Below are positions 1 to 13,396 of a DNA stretch of 64,000 nt, piece by piece. Source of the stretch: Camelus ferus (taxonomy: Eukaryota). The DNA is taken from positions 108,006,001 to 108,070,000 of the forward strand of contig NC_045696.1 in assembly GCF_009834535.1 (NCBI RefSeq), read 5' to 3'. The position numbers and the translations under genes are program-made. The notes beneath the pieces are model-generated. The model saw only the letters and a program-made list of their open reading frames with translations, ran no database searches and was not told where the DNA came from. Position 1 is the first letter of the stretch; every line of letters starts with the position of its first letter.

Positions 1-628
1 AGAGAACCCCCTTGTATACTTTTGGTGAGACTGTAAATTGGTATGGCCATGACAGAAAACAATATGGAGATTTCTCAAAAACTTAATAAAACTACCATAA
101 GACCCAGGTATTCTACTTCTGGGTATTTATTCAAAGAACATGAAAACACTAATTTGAAAAGATATATGGACTCCTGTGTTTATTGCAGCATTATTTACAA
201 TAGCCAAGATAGGGAAACAACTTAAGTGCCCATCAATGAATGAATGGGTAAAGAAGATGTGGTATGTATACACAATGGAATACTACTTAGCCATAAAAAG
301 GTTTAAATCCTGCCATTTGTGACAACATGGATGGACCTTGAAGGTATTATTCTAAATGAAATAAGTCAGAGGGAGAAATATAAATACCATACGATTTCAC
401 TCATGTGTGAACTCAAAAAAGCCAAAACGTGTGAACAAACAAAATAAAACAAAACAAACTCGTAGATACAGAGATCAGATTAGTGGTTATCAGAGGGGAA
501 GGGATTAGGTGGGTGAAACAAGTGAAGGGGTCAATTGTATGGTGATGGATAGTAACTAGACTTGTGGTGGTGATCACTCTGTAGTGTGCGCACATATCAA
601 ATTTTAACATCTGAAATTAATATAATAA
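1..628 (+). mobile_element. LINE-1 3' end (L1MA-like; ORF2 C-terminus and 3'UTR), cut by the window edge
   Basis: Diagnostic L1 blocks tttattgcagcattatttacaatagccaaga, aagtgcccatcaatgaatgaatgg and acatggatggaccttgaaggtattattctaaatgaaataagtcaga; ends in an A-rich tail. Confidence 0.92.
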
Positions 629-1595
629 ATAAGTGGTTAATCCTAAGAGGAGAAGTAGAATTGAAAGGTAAAGTTGGGGGTATGGGAAGGTTTAAACTTT
701 CCTTATTTCTGTATTATTTGATTTTGTTACCAGAATATGTTTTATGTATAACTTAACTAAAAGATATTCTTAAAATATATTTAAAAAATTGATCAGGCAA
801 AGCACAATGAATTTAATAGTTCACTTTGAAAATCCTGAAATAAACTAATGCTTAGTTTAAAAAAAAGCCCAAGGGAGAGTATACTGTCTGACTGTTGTTT
901 CTGTTTCCTCCAACAAGAGCATGCTTTTCAAGCTCCATAGAGCCCACTGATGCACAGAGGAGAAGGAAAGATAGGGGAGGAGATCCAGGCTCCAAATACT
1001 TACCTGTCAGGGATGCTCACTGAAAAATTGTTGTTAATTAACTTGGTGCAAAAATGAGGAATGGTAAGCAGATAAAAGACTTATTTTTACACAAAGGGAT
1101 TTAAGTTCTTGTTTTAGAAGTTTCATTTTATGTGGACTATCCTCTCGTAGCACTCTCAGGAGTATCTGCTAAGCTTAATGGGCTGTCTTGTCCCCTGGCC
1201 TGCAAACCCTCTGGATGCCAGGTTACAGAGAAAGACCATAACAGGGTTAAACCTGCAGATTACAGAGCAAGGTCAAAAGCCCTGCCAACTTCCCATTCTC
1301 AAAGGTAGGTTCATGGAGCAGAAAAGGCGGGCAGTGGGAGGTCCTCTGGTCCTGGGAGCAGGGGAGGGAGCCACCATGTCATTGTCTGCTAAGCTGACAC
1401 CTGTTCTCAGCAGGTGACTCAATCACTAATCCCTTAAAATAGCAGCTTGTTTCCTAAGCATTCTGAGTTCCTAGAGTGAAGAAGAAGAAAAAAAAACACT
1501 CATCGATGATTTCTTTTGAAGAGCCATACATTGTCATAGTATGAAATTTGGGAAAATATTTTGGAAAACACACAGAATTTAAAAATCAACTTTGA

Positions 1596-1890
1596 ACACT
1601 TGAAACTAACATTGTAAATCGACTACACTTCAATAAAAAATAAGAAGGGATAAACTGGCCCTTCGAGATTTGTAGATACTGACAGGTATATGTAGAATAG
1701 ATAAACAAGTTTATACTGTATAGCACAAGGAAATATATTCAAGATCTTGTAGTAGCTCACAGTGAAAAAGAATATGAAAATGAATATATGTATTTTCACG
1801 TATGACTGAAAAATTGTGCTGTACACCAGAATTGACACAATATTGTAAACTGACCATAACTCAATAAAAAAAAAGAAAAAAAAGAATTAA
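1596..1890 (+). mobile_element. Young camelid-type L1 3' tail, 5'-truncated, with TSD
   Basis: gagatttgtagatact...tatagcacaaggaaatatattcaa...ctgtacaccagaattgacaca then poly(A). TSD aaaaatcaactttga at 1581-1595 and 1891-1905. Confidence 0.9.
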
Positions 1891-1909
1891 AAAAATCAAC
1901 TTTGACCTT

Positions 1910-2500
1910 ATTTCTAGAAATAACCTCTGTTAACATTTTCTTTGATAATGTTTATTATTTTTCTCTAACAATAGTAGAATGAAATAAAACTGCCTGTTTG
2001 TTATCCCACAAGTGCTGATATTTGATGTTTTTCCTTCCAGTGTTTTTTCTTCATACACACACACACACGTAAATTTTAAATGAAATGAAATCATATAGTA
2101 TGTGCAGTTTTATATCCTATTTTTACACTTAATATTACATCATGGGCATTTTCCTTATCAGTGAGTGCTATTCAAGAATGTGATTGTAATTGGTTGTATG
2201 CTGTTTTACTAGATGAATCAGCGACCATTCATTTAACCCTTACCTCAGTGTTGGAGTTTGGCTTGTTTCTAGTTTGTTACCCTTTGAAAATAACGCCATT
2301 ATAAATATCCTTTTATGGAAATCTTCACTTAGGACCAATTTCTAAAGGTTGAATTTCTAGGTCAAAGACCATGGACATTTTTAAGGCTTTTGATACATAT
2401 TGTTGCCTTGTCCTCCAGAAAGGCTGCATCCTTCACAGCCCCCAGTGGGCAAGTGAGTGCCCACTTCTTGTCAATTTCTGCCAGACTTGCACTTTCTGCC
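1910..2500 (-). mobile_element. Ancient L1 (L1ME-like) 3' fragment
   Basis: Degenerate antisense L1 3'UTR motifs: ttgtttctagtttg, ccattataaatatcctt, ccagaaaggctgcatc. Confidence 0.6.
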
Positions 2501-2719
2501 TGCGATGCCTCCCTGCTTTGTGCAATCCCATCCCACCACTGCCATCTTGTGTCCTCCCTATGTGGCTTTCCTAGGAGAGAAAGGACACCTGGTCTTTGGA
2601 CTATTCGAAACACTCTTCCTATATTCCCCTAAAGACTGTCACTGCTCTATGGTTATTTCTGTGTTTGCTTTGAGGTGGTGTGGAGTCCCTTCATTTTGAC
2701 CAGTTGGGTGGATCCTACC

Positions 2720-2978
2720 TGTCCCTCTGCACTCAGCTCACACCTTATCTCTGCTGCAAAGCTTCCCCTGACACTCCAGCCTGGTTTAGGAGCCTCTCCT
2801 TGGTACTCCCCTCAGTCTTTACCTGTCAAAATTCTTGTCACATTGTACCATGTGCTCAGCTGTCTCCTCTCCAGATGTGAGCTCCCTGAAGGTAGGGCCG
2901 GGTCTTTTCCCACTGTATCTTCAGTGCCTGACACTGTACCTGGCAGACGTGGCTATTCTATAGATGCTGAATAAATGC
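2720..2978 (+). mobile_element. LINE-2 3' end
   Basis: gatgtgagctccctgaaggtagggcc...cagtgcctgacactgtacctggca...tgctgaataaatg matches the L2 terminus. Confidence 0.85.
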
Positions 2979-3117
2979 TTACTTTATTTAAACAATTCTT
3001 GAACATTCACCTCTATTTCCTTACCCTGTATTCTATCCTATTCCCCCTAAATATTTACAGAGAGTTTTTCTAATTGTATAAGAATCTCGTAGTTCTATTT
3101 ATCTTATTTTATCCTAT

Positions 3118-4843
3118 TTTTCTAAATTTATTGAGGTATGATTGACATACAATATTGTGTAAGTTTAAGGTGTACAACATGATGATTTGATCCACTTATA
3201 TATTGTAAAATAATTGTCAAAATAAGCTTAGATAACACATCTATCACCTCACATAGTTACTATGGTGGGTTTTTTTTTGGGATGAGAAATTTTAAGATCT
3301 ACTTTTTTAGCAACTTTCAAGTATATAATACAGCATTATTAACTCTAATTACCAGGCTTCACATTAGCTCCTCAGTACTTATTCACCTTATAACTAGAAG
3401 TTTGCACTCTTTGACCAACAATACCTAATTTCCCCACCTCCAACCCCAGCAACTACCATTCTAGTCCCTGTTTCTGAAAGTTCAGCTTTTTAAGATTCCA
3501 CATATAAAGTGAGATCATACAACATTTGTCTTTCTCTGTCTGACTTATTTAACTTAGAACAACGCCCTCAGTTTGCATCCATGTTGTTGCAAATGGCAGG
3601 ATTTCTTTCCTTTTTATAGCTGAATAATATTCAATTATACATATATGTATTTTTCTTTTTCCCTTTATCCATTCATTCATCAATGGACACTTACGTTGCT
3701 TCCACATCTTGGCTGTTGTAAATAATGCTGCAATGAACATGGGACAGTAGATATCTCTTTGAGATAGTTATTTCATTTCCTTCTGATATATACCCAGAAG
3801 TGGAATTTCTGGATCATATGGTAATTCTATTTGTAATTTTTTGAGGAAATACCATACTGTTTTCCTTAGTGGCTTCACCAATTTACATTCCCACCACAGT
3901 GCACAGGAGTTCCTTTTTTTGCCACAGTTTTACCAACACGTGACAAGTTATCAGAATGATAATACCCATTCTGACAGGTGTAAACTGGTGTCTCATTGTG
4001 GTTTAGATTTATATTTCCCTGATTAGTGATGTTGAGCACAAGTTCATATGACTGTTGGCTGTATATCTTCTTCAGAAAAATGTCTATTTAGATCCTTTGC
4101 ACATTTTAAAATTGGATTATGTGATGTTGTTGTTGTATATTTTTTTTTTTGCTCAAGTTGTGTGAGTTCCTTATATATTTTAGATATTCACCCCTTATCA
4201 GATATATGACTTGCAAATATTTTCTCTCGTTCTGTAAGATACTTTTCCTCCTATCAATTGTCCATTTTTTTTTGCTATGCAGGAACTTTTAGTTTGACTT
4301 GGTCCTCCTTGTTTATTTTTGCTTTTATTGTTTGTGCTTTAGGTGTTGTATCCAAAAAAATTGTTGCTAAAACCAATGCCAAGAAGTTTTTTTACTATGT
4401 TTTCTCTTAGGAGTTTTATGGTTTCAGGTATTACATTCAAATCTTTAATCCATTTTGAGTTAATTTTTGTGTGTGGTGTAAGACAGTGGTCTAGTTTTAT
4501 GCTTTTGCATGTGGCTGTGTAGTTTTCCCAATTCTATTTATTGAAGAGACTATCCTCTCTGTTATATGTTCTTTGCTCCTTTGTCATAAATTAATTGGCC
4601 ATACGTACATGGGTTTATTTCTAGACTCTCAATTCCATTCTATTGGTCTGTGTGTGTGTGTTTTTATGCCAGTACTATACTGTTTTGATTTTTATAGTTT
4701 GTAGTATAGTTTTAAATCAGAAATTGTGATGCCTCTGGCTTTGTTCTTCTTTGTTTTGGCTATTTAGGGTCTTTTGTGGGTCTATACAAATTTTAGGATT
4801 GTTTTTTCTATTTCTGTAAAAAATGCCATTGAAATTTTGATAC
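3118..4843 (-). mobile_element. LINE-1 (L1MA-like), about 1.7 kb of ORF2 3' part and 3'UTR
   Basis: Continuous antisense L1. ORF 3549..3740 gives [26 protein letters not shown], the L1 ORF2 C-terminus. Confidence 0.95.
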
Positions 4844-5876
4844 AGCCTGGGTATCTAGCAATTCTTAATCATTTATTGATAACCTAGAGTTGACCTCAGG
4901 TTACCAAAAAAGGAAGAAGGGAAAGAAAAGGAATGAGGAAAAGAAAAAGAGAAAGGAGAAATATATTAGAAAATAAATTTTTATACTTGACATTTCTATG
5001 TGATTTTATAGTTTACAGTGTTATTTCATATGCTAGTGGCAATTTTAAGCCTCCTCCTGATAAGGACAGACCTTCATGCTAGATGCTGTAATAGCATTCT
5101 GCAGCATCTTCCATATCACCTTTTACAATTGTTGGTATATCATTATTAGTGCCCACTGATGTGATCCCCAATACCTAGTGCAGTGCTCAATTCATTGAAG
5201 CTACTTAGCAAATATTTATGAACTCTGGGGGAAAGCATTATTATCTCCTTCTTGTAGACATATCATTAGAGAACTGACATTTCAATCTAAGGAGCTGGAT
5301 TCCAAGTTTGGTGCTCTTTCCATGTCAGCTAACGTAGTGAACATTTATCACCCATGGGAAAAAATGGAAGGGGAAAATAATTGAGGGAAAGAAGAGAGGC
5401 ACGAGAGGAGGAGGAAATCATAGAGATGGAGAGAAGTGGTTTGAAATTACACCTGATGATGAAGCAAGGATAAATACAGAGCATTGATGTACATGGGATG
5501 TGGCATTTGTGGGTCCATCAAGCTTAGCAAACCAAGAATTTCACTCAGAACAGATGCATTTCTAAAACCAGTAAAGCATAAAAATTCAATAGTACTTCCC
5601 CCATTGTAGCTCTCTGTACTCTCAGGCCAAACAAACAGTACTGCCACAGCTTTGAGAATGTGCCAAGTGGTAGTGGGAGCAAAGTCCTCCAGAGAATCCA
5701 TGGGTAGGATCAAGCTGCCTCCTCCTGGCTTCATACAACCGGAGTGTAGAGGGTTAGATGAAGCTTTTCTGTAGATAGGGAGATGTGCCTTCTGGAGTGG
5801 TACAGATGAGGACTAACAAATTCTATGACATGGATGTCACCACTTTTCATTTTGTAGCATTTCTGAACTCTTGGAA

Positions 5877-6132
5877 GGCAGCAGAGCCTATAGGTTAAGA
5901 GTACAGGCTGTGGAGCCAGAATTGGCTTGGGGTGGAAACTTGGTTCAGTTACCTCCTTGTATAAGCGTGGGCAAGTTACTCAACCTTTCTGTGATCTAGT
6001 TTCCTCATTTGTAATGTGGGAATAATAAAAGTACCTAACTCAAAGGGGTGTTGTGAAGATAAAATGGGATAATGCATGTAAAGGACGTAGAATAGAGTCT
6101 GGCCCGTGGCCAAAACTCAATAAACGTTGACT
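5877..6132 (+). mobile_element. MIR SINE, near full length
   Basis: ggttaagagtacaggctgtggagccaga...gggcaagttactcaacctttctgtg...tttcctcatttgtaa (MIR core)...ctcaataaacgtt. Confidence 0.92.
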
Positions 6133-6899
6133 GTCTTTTTTAGGATTGCTTTCCAGTTGCACATATGGAGGAAACTGTCTGCAATTCTGTTCAGTAATCA
6201 ATGAGCGTGGTGCCATTTTCCACTATCTGAGTTCCTCTAAGAATTCCTAGTCAACTGAAGGCACCCACAAGACCACACCTTAGTATCCTACCCTTGGTCA
6301 AAGTTTTTGGGAAAGTGAACAGACTCATCAAGAGCCACTGACATCTAACCCCTTAGGGTAGGTCACCTTCTACCCATACCTCAGCAGAGTTCCATAGGTT
6401 ACATGGCATTCTCTTCCCTTAACTTGCCATTGATATTCACTTCAAGATAACACTAGCCATGAAGCTGGAGTTGGACTCCAAAAATCTACTGTAGTCACCC
6501 CAAAAGCTAGTCCTAGAAAACCTAGCAATTGCAGCTCAGTACTTTCGTAGACACACTAATTACAAGTGGTCTAAGTAAGAACCATTAGGTGGTTTTTTTG
6601 GCCAGCATGTTATCCATTTGGTGGTATGTGTGTATGTATGTATGTATCTGTCTATCTTTCTACTTACCTGAATTTCAACATTTTTAGTCAGGGCATGTAT
6701 TCCCCAATCTGTTGACATATTTTTGTTACTGGGTAGAGCAGACAGGTGCCCCATTCTAGATTCAGCTCACCAACAACTTCCCCTGGCACTGGCATTTATT
6801 TGTCATTGGTAAAGTTTTTTGGTTATATCAGGCCACATGTTCCTCTGCAACTCTTTCCTTGCTCTAGGTCTCCACTGAATACATAAAACTATCTGAGCC

Positions 6900-7380
6900 C
6901 CTCATCAGGGTTTTCCAGATCCTCCATGACCTGGCCCCTGATCACACTTCCATCTTCCTCTCTTGTCCCTTTGCACCTTTCCATCTTTTCCCTGCATCTA
7001 GCCTCAGAATTTTAAGTGCCAGCCAGAGGAGCCAGGGTGGTTCTTGGCACTCTGTGCATATATTTACTTTCTTGCCTTTGCTTATGTTGTCTCTTCCCAT
7101 ATCACTTGCCTAATATCTCCTCATATTTTGGAACTTAGTTCATTCCTTACATCCTTCTGGAGTTTTTCTCTGATCCCCTTCTGCTGGATCAGATTTCCCT
7201 AGAATATTCTGACCAAATGTCTATCCTATTCCTTATACATTGTGTCATAATTTATGTATTGCATTTTTGTCCTTATACCTCCTTGACAATAGAAATCATT
7301 TCTTATCTGCTTTCTAATGCCCATAGTATCTGGTATATACTAGGCCCTCAATAAGTGTCTGTTGAATGAATTCGAATGAT
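6900..7380 (+). mobile_element. LINE-2 3' fragment
   Basis: cctccatgacctggcccctg ... taggccctcaataagtgtctgttgaatgaa terminus. Confidence 0.75.
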
Positions 7381-7389
7381 TATGACTAA

Positions 7390-9790
7390 AGATGTGAAAA
7401 ACAAACAATATAAAAAGAAAACAACAACAACAAAAAAGCTATTTATGAGACACTATTAAAAGACAGACAGGACCAAAAGGCAGAATTAAATATACTTTCT
7501 AAAAATGACAACATTATAGTTATTAAAATTAAAAACCTAACAATGGATTGAACAGCAAATCAGACAGAATTAAAGGGAAATTCACAAACTGAATTGCAGC
7601 ACAGAGTAGTTAAAACAGAAAATGTGAAAGAGAACTTAAGACACACAGACACACATATACACACACACAGAGAGAAGAGAGAGAGAAAAAGAGATACTAA
7701 AGCAAAAGTTATTGTAGAAAAAGAATATTTGAAAAGAGAATGGCTGACAAGTTTCTAGCATTGATAAAAGACAAGAATTCTCTCATTCAGAAATCATGAG
7801 TCTTGACAAAATATACAAAAGGGAAAATCCACACCTAGACATATAAAAATGTAATGCATTATAGAAGAAAATGTCATAAAAGCAAAGAACAGACTTCACC
7901 TAGAGAGAAATGATCATTAGAATGACAGTAGCTTCTCAACCATTACAATGGAAACTAGAACACAATGGGGGAATAATAGCTAAAAATGCTGAGAAACAAC
8001 TTAAGTGTCCATCAACAGATGAACGGGTAAACAAAATATGGTATATATACAACACAGAATATAAATCAGCTGTAAAAAGGGATGAAATTCTGATACGTCC
8101 TATAACATGGATGAACTTTGAAAACATTATGCTAATATTGTATGCTAATATTGACAAATATTGTATGTTTCCACTTATATGAGATACCTAGAAAAGGCAA
8201 TTAATAGAGACAGACAGTAGAATAGAAGTTATCAGGGACTGGAGGAAGGGAAGAAGTTATTGTTTAATGGGTACAGAGTTTCTGTTTGGGTGATGAAAAA
8301 GTTCTGGAAATGGATCATAGTGACAGTTACACAATATTGTGAATGTGCTTAATGCCACTGAATTGTACATTTAAAATGTTTAAAATGGTAAATTTTATGT
8401 TATGTATGTACCACAATAAAAATGATGAAAGACACTAAATAGTAATTTGGAAGTCTTTGTTGAGATAAGTTACAACAATAAAGGCAAAATAAATATACTT
8501 GCAAAGAAGAAATGTTGACTCAGTTACCACTAATAGATCTTTGATGAAAGAACTACAAATAAAAGAACTTAAGGAAAACCCTAAAGGAAGTTATAATAGA
8601 CAAGAAGGAATGGTAGGTAAGAAATTGATAGACATGTGACTAAATCTAAATAAGCAATAGCCACATAGAACAATAATAATACTGAATATATTTAATAGTA
8701 AGACCAAGAAGTATCTAAAATGCTAGTCAACTTTAACATGTGAAATAATATAGATGATCAGTGTTAAAAAAATTTAGGTCTTTGTATTGTTTGGATGAGA
8801 CTATGGATACTGACTAATATTAGATGTTGAGTATGCCTGTTTAAAATTTAAAGAAGCAGTAACAACAAAAAAATGGAAATTATAAAGTAGTAGCAGGGGG
8901 AATAGAGAGTAAGTGAAACTCAATCCAATGAAAGGCAACAGAGGAGAAAATTTTGTATAGAAAAATTAGAATAAGTAGAAGGACAAAATAAGATGATGAA
9001 ACTAAAGCCTAATTATCAATAATCACAATAAATATAAATGCACCAAACTTGTTGTTTAAGATGTTAATTGCTAAAATTTAGCTGTATCTGGATACAAGGG
9101 ACATACTTAAAACAAAGACAGAGAAAAGTTGAAAGTAATAAAAAAAATACATGCTAAATGAACAACTAACCAAAATACATTTTAAAAATGTATTACAAGG
9201 TCAAAATGATAATGATAAAAAATTCTATAAGAAGAAATAATTTAAAACTTGTATGCACCTAATAACATAGCCTCAGATTATATAAAGCATGTTGTCAGAA
9301 TTATAAGAACATGATAAAGCTATTATCAGTATTGTATCAATGAACTGTGTATTAAATAGTATTTTATAGATGAAATATACAATGATCTAGTGAAGGATAT
9401 AGAAGATTTGAACAACAGGACTAAGCAGCTAAAAAATTAATAAATAAAATTGATATATATTATAATACATAATTGATTAAAAATTTATCACTTACTATGA
9501 GGTAAATTTGTACATATATTTATTAAATATATATTTACATATATAACTTATATATATGTAAATTTACCTGATACTAGGTCACAGCTTTCAAATATCAAAA
9601 CTTTACTGGCAGGCAGACTCTACTTTCTGATCATAATACAATTCAGTTAGAAATCTATAAAAATGTGACTGACAGCTTTCATACATTTGGGAATTTAAAG
9701 GGCCCATATGTAAGTAATTTGGAGGTGGCAGAAGAAATCCTAAGAAAAGAAATACTAGAAGTGAATAACAATAAAAATGCAAAGCATCAG
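7390..9790 (+). mobile_element. Ancient L1 (ORF1 and ORF2 endonuclease remnants), interrupted by a younger L1MB
   Basis: A-rich strand. ttgtatgcacctaataacatagcc near 9249 encodes LYAPNNIA, the L1 endonuclease YAPN motif; gatatagaagatttgaacaac also matches ORF2. Confidence 0.8.
7992..8422 (+). mobile_element. L1MB-type 3' end nested in the older L1
   Basis: aagtgtccatcaacagatgaa...tgtttaatgggtacagagtttctgtttggg...aatgccactgaattgtac...ccacaataaaaa. Flanks taaaaatgctga and taaaaatgatga resemble a TSD. Confidence 0.9.
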
Positions 9791-10862
9791 AAATAATTTA
9801 AGGATGGGATGGATGGAAGGCAGAGAGCTATATTTTCCATGTGAGAATTTTCAAGATCCTTAGTCATTAAGATAGACTTTTTTGGGCAGAAACTGCCCTG
9901 CTGCCCAGAGATGAATGTGTGGCACGGTGGACCACAACAACAATTTCCATGCTGGGTTCATTAACATGCACCAGTAATCAAGAAGTATGCTCTGCTTGAA
10001 TTCTTACTAAAACAAGTACTATAACAGGCAGTCTGCTAAGGGTCAGGAGAACCAAAGAATTCAAGGGAGTAACAATAAAGTACTTCATCACTACCTTGGA
10101 AGTTCAGTCCAACTCTTCCTGTAGGTAAACAGTATTTCTGTTAAGAGAAAGGGAGACCAGAATAATGGTTAACATGGAACAGGATTAAGTAACCAAATAC
10201 AGATCCCAGGGCTAGGAGAAAATGATTTGGGTGTGGTTTCTTCCATAACTTAGAGGAAGTTCTCAAATGAGCTCACATTTGGGGGAAAGCAGCAGATGAT
10301 AACAGCCACATCCAAGGACTACCTTCCCCTGTCCTCAGAGGCAGCTTAGGGTCTCAACTAGAAACTGCATCTCTCTAATGTGCTGCTTACATGGCAGAAT
10401 AGGCCACCAGCAAGACTGTGGCAGTAATTTTGCCTCTTACTTGTGGTGTTTCAAGGCCCAAGTGTGGGTAAGATGGAACCCAATAATTGGCTGTTAGGAG
10501 ATGGCCTCACACTTGCTTCCTTTAGGGTAAACAGGGAAATCTTATCTCTAGGCATACTGCCCTCTCCAGAGTCCAGGACTGGGCCTCTCTGCTGGACATC
10601 ACCTTGTGTTTACTCCAGTGTGACTCCAACTCCTTTCATGAGCCATAATGTGTAGAGGAGTGGGGGAGGGGGTAAGAAACTGCCTTAGCCAAGACTCTTG
10701 TAGGGAGGAAGACTTAAGTATGAATATGGATATGTCTCTGTCTGGGAAACTTCCCATTACCTAGTCTAAAAGATTTATTAGAAGGGGCTGATAAATCCAG
10801 TCAAGTTCACTCTGTAGCACCCCACAGGTACAAGAAAGTAATGGCTCTCAAATCTGTGAGAG

Positions 10863-11044
10863 CAGTGATTCCTAAAATTTAATGTGATAAGACTCTCCTG
10901 GCAGGCACATTAAAACAATTTCCTGGGCCCTTTCCCCAGAGGTCATAATTCAGTAGATTGGAGTGGGGCTTGTGAATTTGCATTTTTCACGGGCACCCAT
11001 CTGATACAGCCTTGCTGGTCTGAGGATCCTACTTTGAAATACTA
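10863..11044. mobile_element. MER5-type hAT-Charlie MITE
   Basis: cagtgattcctaaaa...ttcctgggccc...aattcagtag...tttgcattttt...tactttgaaatacta. Confidence 0.75.
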
Positions 11045-12029
11045 TAGGAAAAGATTGGGGAGAAAAGCAGGGGTGGAGGTGAAGAGAGGGAGACATTGAA
11101 CTGCTGGAGTCCCTACAGCATCCATTTATATATCAGATAGCTTTTTTTGCAGGGGGTTGGAGGGGGAGATTGGGTGAATCTACGAAAATTCCCAGCTTTT
11201 ACTCTCCCCTGCCACTTAAAGATTGTTCTGACTTTGGATCCTGTTTATTGCTCTCCTCTGCACAAGGAGGGGACTAATTTCTTAGTTTAGAGGGGCAGAA
11301 AATGGACAGTGGGGGATGGAGAGAGAGCTGGAGAGATGAGAAGAAAAGGAAAGGGCGGAAAGACAGGAGGTTCAGGGTCCAGTGATGGTGGAGCTTTCCA
11401 GGCAGTTTTGGAGAGAGATGTGGGAGCAGCTGTGGGGCATGAGGGAAGTGGAGGAGAGAAGAAAGAGAATTTCTTTGAGTGCCAGGGCCCTTAGGGTGCA
11501 AGAGTGTGGTCTGAGGCAGCCCATAGGTATTTGAGAGATGCTGGAAGCACCTCAAGTTATTTTGAAATTACTTTTTGATTGCTGGGTGGTGTGTCTTAGG
11601 GTGTGACACTGCTCTGAGACCCTGGTCTTTGGCTCCACTGGGGTTACAAAAGCATGGCACTTCTGACATGTGTGGGAGACTAGGGGGCCCAGGTGGGACC
11701 ACTCAGTCCCTCAGCCTCATGAAGACCCTCCATGTTTCTCCCTGGACCAACTGTTGCAACGGTTTCCTACTGTTATTCTGCTTTAAGGTCCTCCTCCCAC
11801 CTCCCTCCACACACAGCCATTAGCCTAATCAGCCTAACCCAGAATTCTGATAACAACAGCTAACATTCAGTGGCTCTGCCAACAGAGCCCTTGGCCCCCT
11901 GGAACCTCAGATTCCCTAGTGTTACAGCAGGCTCTCATTTCTCCTCCAAGCCTCTTTAGTAGAGGGCTTGTTTCAGGTTCCACTGACTATTGATTTTAAC
12001 CAACATAACTTTCAAGGCATTCAAGGCTT

Positions 12030-12550
12030 CATATTCCTTGTTCGAATCAATGCTTCTAGTGTTCCTTTCTCCACACCTCTGTTCCTTGGATATTTACTTA
12101 CAGTTTCCCACCTCCATGCCTTTGCACATGCTGTTCCTGCCACCTGGAATGCTCTCCTTATCACCTCTCCCTAGTAAGATCAACCCATTCTTCAAGGCTT
12201 TAGGAACCTCCTATGATCATCTCTACTCATCCCTCCCATCAGGGAACTTTATTTGTACTTCCTTATATTAAAACTCTGATGCTACTGTAGTTGCCTGTGT
12301 TCTAGTCTTACCTGTCTTTTAAGACCGGTGCTGTCCAATAGCCACTTGTGCCTATTTAAATTAATTAAAATAAAAAATTAAATTCCCTACATTTCAAATG
12401 CTTAATAGCCCATGCAGCCAGTGGTTACCGTACTGGGCAGTATGTATAGAAAACATTTCCACTATTGCAGAAGGTTCTACTGGACAATGCTGGAACTATG
12501 CATCATGCACTCTCTCTTAGGTTTATTGAATAAAAGTTAGTTGCATTGAA
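12030..12550 (+). mobile_element. LINE-2 fragment interrupted by a MITE
   Basis: gcctttgcacatgctgttcctgccacctggaatgctct is a diagnostic L2 block. Confidence 0.8.
12325..12492. mobile_element. MER3/MER33-type hAT-Charlie MITE
   Basis: Terminal inverted repeats gtgctgtccaatag ... ctactggacaatgctg; internal acatttcaaatgcttaatagcc. Confidence 0.85.
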
Positions 12551-13046
12551 TCAATTATAATTTTATTGGCTGCTTTGTCTTGATTTCTCACCCAGAACTG
12601 GAGCTTTATATTTTCAGCTTTTAAAAAGGCATGTGTTACCACCTGGCTCTCTTTTTTTTGAGGACGGGCTATGTTCTGTTGAGGTGAAGCCCCATCCTCC
12701 TGCTCTGTGGGTTGCCTTCATTACAGGGCCTTTCTAAGAGTCATTTGGTGTGCCATCTTCTTCCAGGTGTGTCCCAGGTCACTTCTCCTGCCCTACCCCT
12801 TGAGCAGTGTTCTTCTGCAATAAGGCCTTAGGAGAAACAGCAGAGGCTTGTAACCATCAAGGTTACACTGCCACTCAGGAGAGGTTGCCAGTCTTTCTAG
12901 ACAGACCCTTATGCCTGCAGGTGGCAAACGACACGGATACAAGGACACCTATGACAATTAGCAATAGCATTTGTCTTTCTCATTACTTTCTTGAAAAATC
13001 AATTGTCTGTAGAATAGGCTTTTGGGAAGAAACCATAAGACCAGAA

Positions 13047-13065
13047 TGACCACAAGAGGGCACCA
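13047..13065 (+). promoter_or_regulatory. Candidate CTCF site
   Basis: TGACCACAAGAGGGCACCA matches the CTCF core CCASYAGRKGGCRS with one tolerated mismatch, in unique sequence. Confidence 0.6.
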
Positions 13066-13382
13066 GCACACCTTAAACAACCTTTACCTCCGAAAACCCC
13101 GGGAAGGTTTCTGGTTGCAAGGGCAGGATAGAACGAATACATATCAGATCGCAAAGGAATAGAAAAAAGGGGGAAAAAAACCCCAGACCCATCACAGTGT
13201 TATGTCTAACCAGAAGGACTGCTTACCATATATTTTATGCATCCAGAACCTCCTTAAATATAGGAATAACAAGAATATTATACAACAATAGCCAGACAAG
13301 GGATTAGGTTGAAAATACTCCAAACAGGGATGTGAATAGGTCAGTAGACTTTAAAGCAGAATAAACCTCACTTCGAAGCAAG

Positions 13383-13396
13383 GTAGCTATGGAAAC
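13383..13396. promoter_or_regulatory. Candidate RFX X-box
   Basis: GTAGCTATGGAAAC fits the GTNRCYATRGNAAC quasi-palindrome. Confidence 0.45.

Noticed and set aside
997..1040. Minus-strand microexon candidate (tttttcag|tgagcatccctgacag|gtaagta)
   Set aside because: 16 nt with a weak pyrimidine tract and no partner exons; such matches are expected by chance in 64 kb.
5447..5734. 95-aa minus-strand ORF in unique DNA
   Set aside because: No recognisable domain or splice context.
6660..6750. Strong minus-strand donor CAG|GTAAGT with a possible upstream acceptor
   Set aside because: No recognisable peptide or gene model; it would need RNA-seq support.
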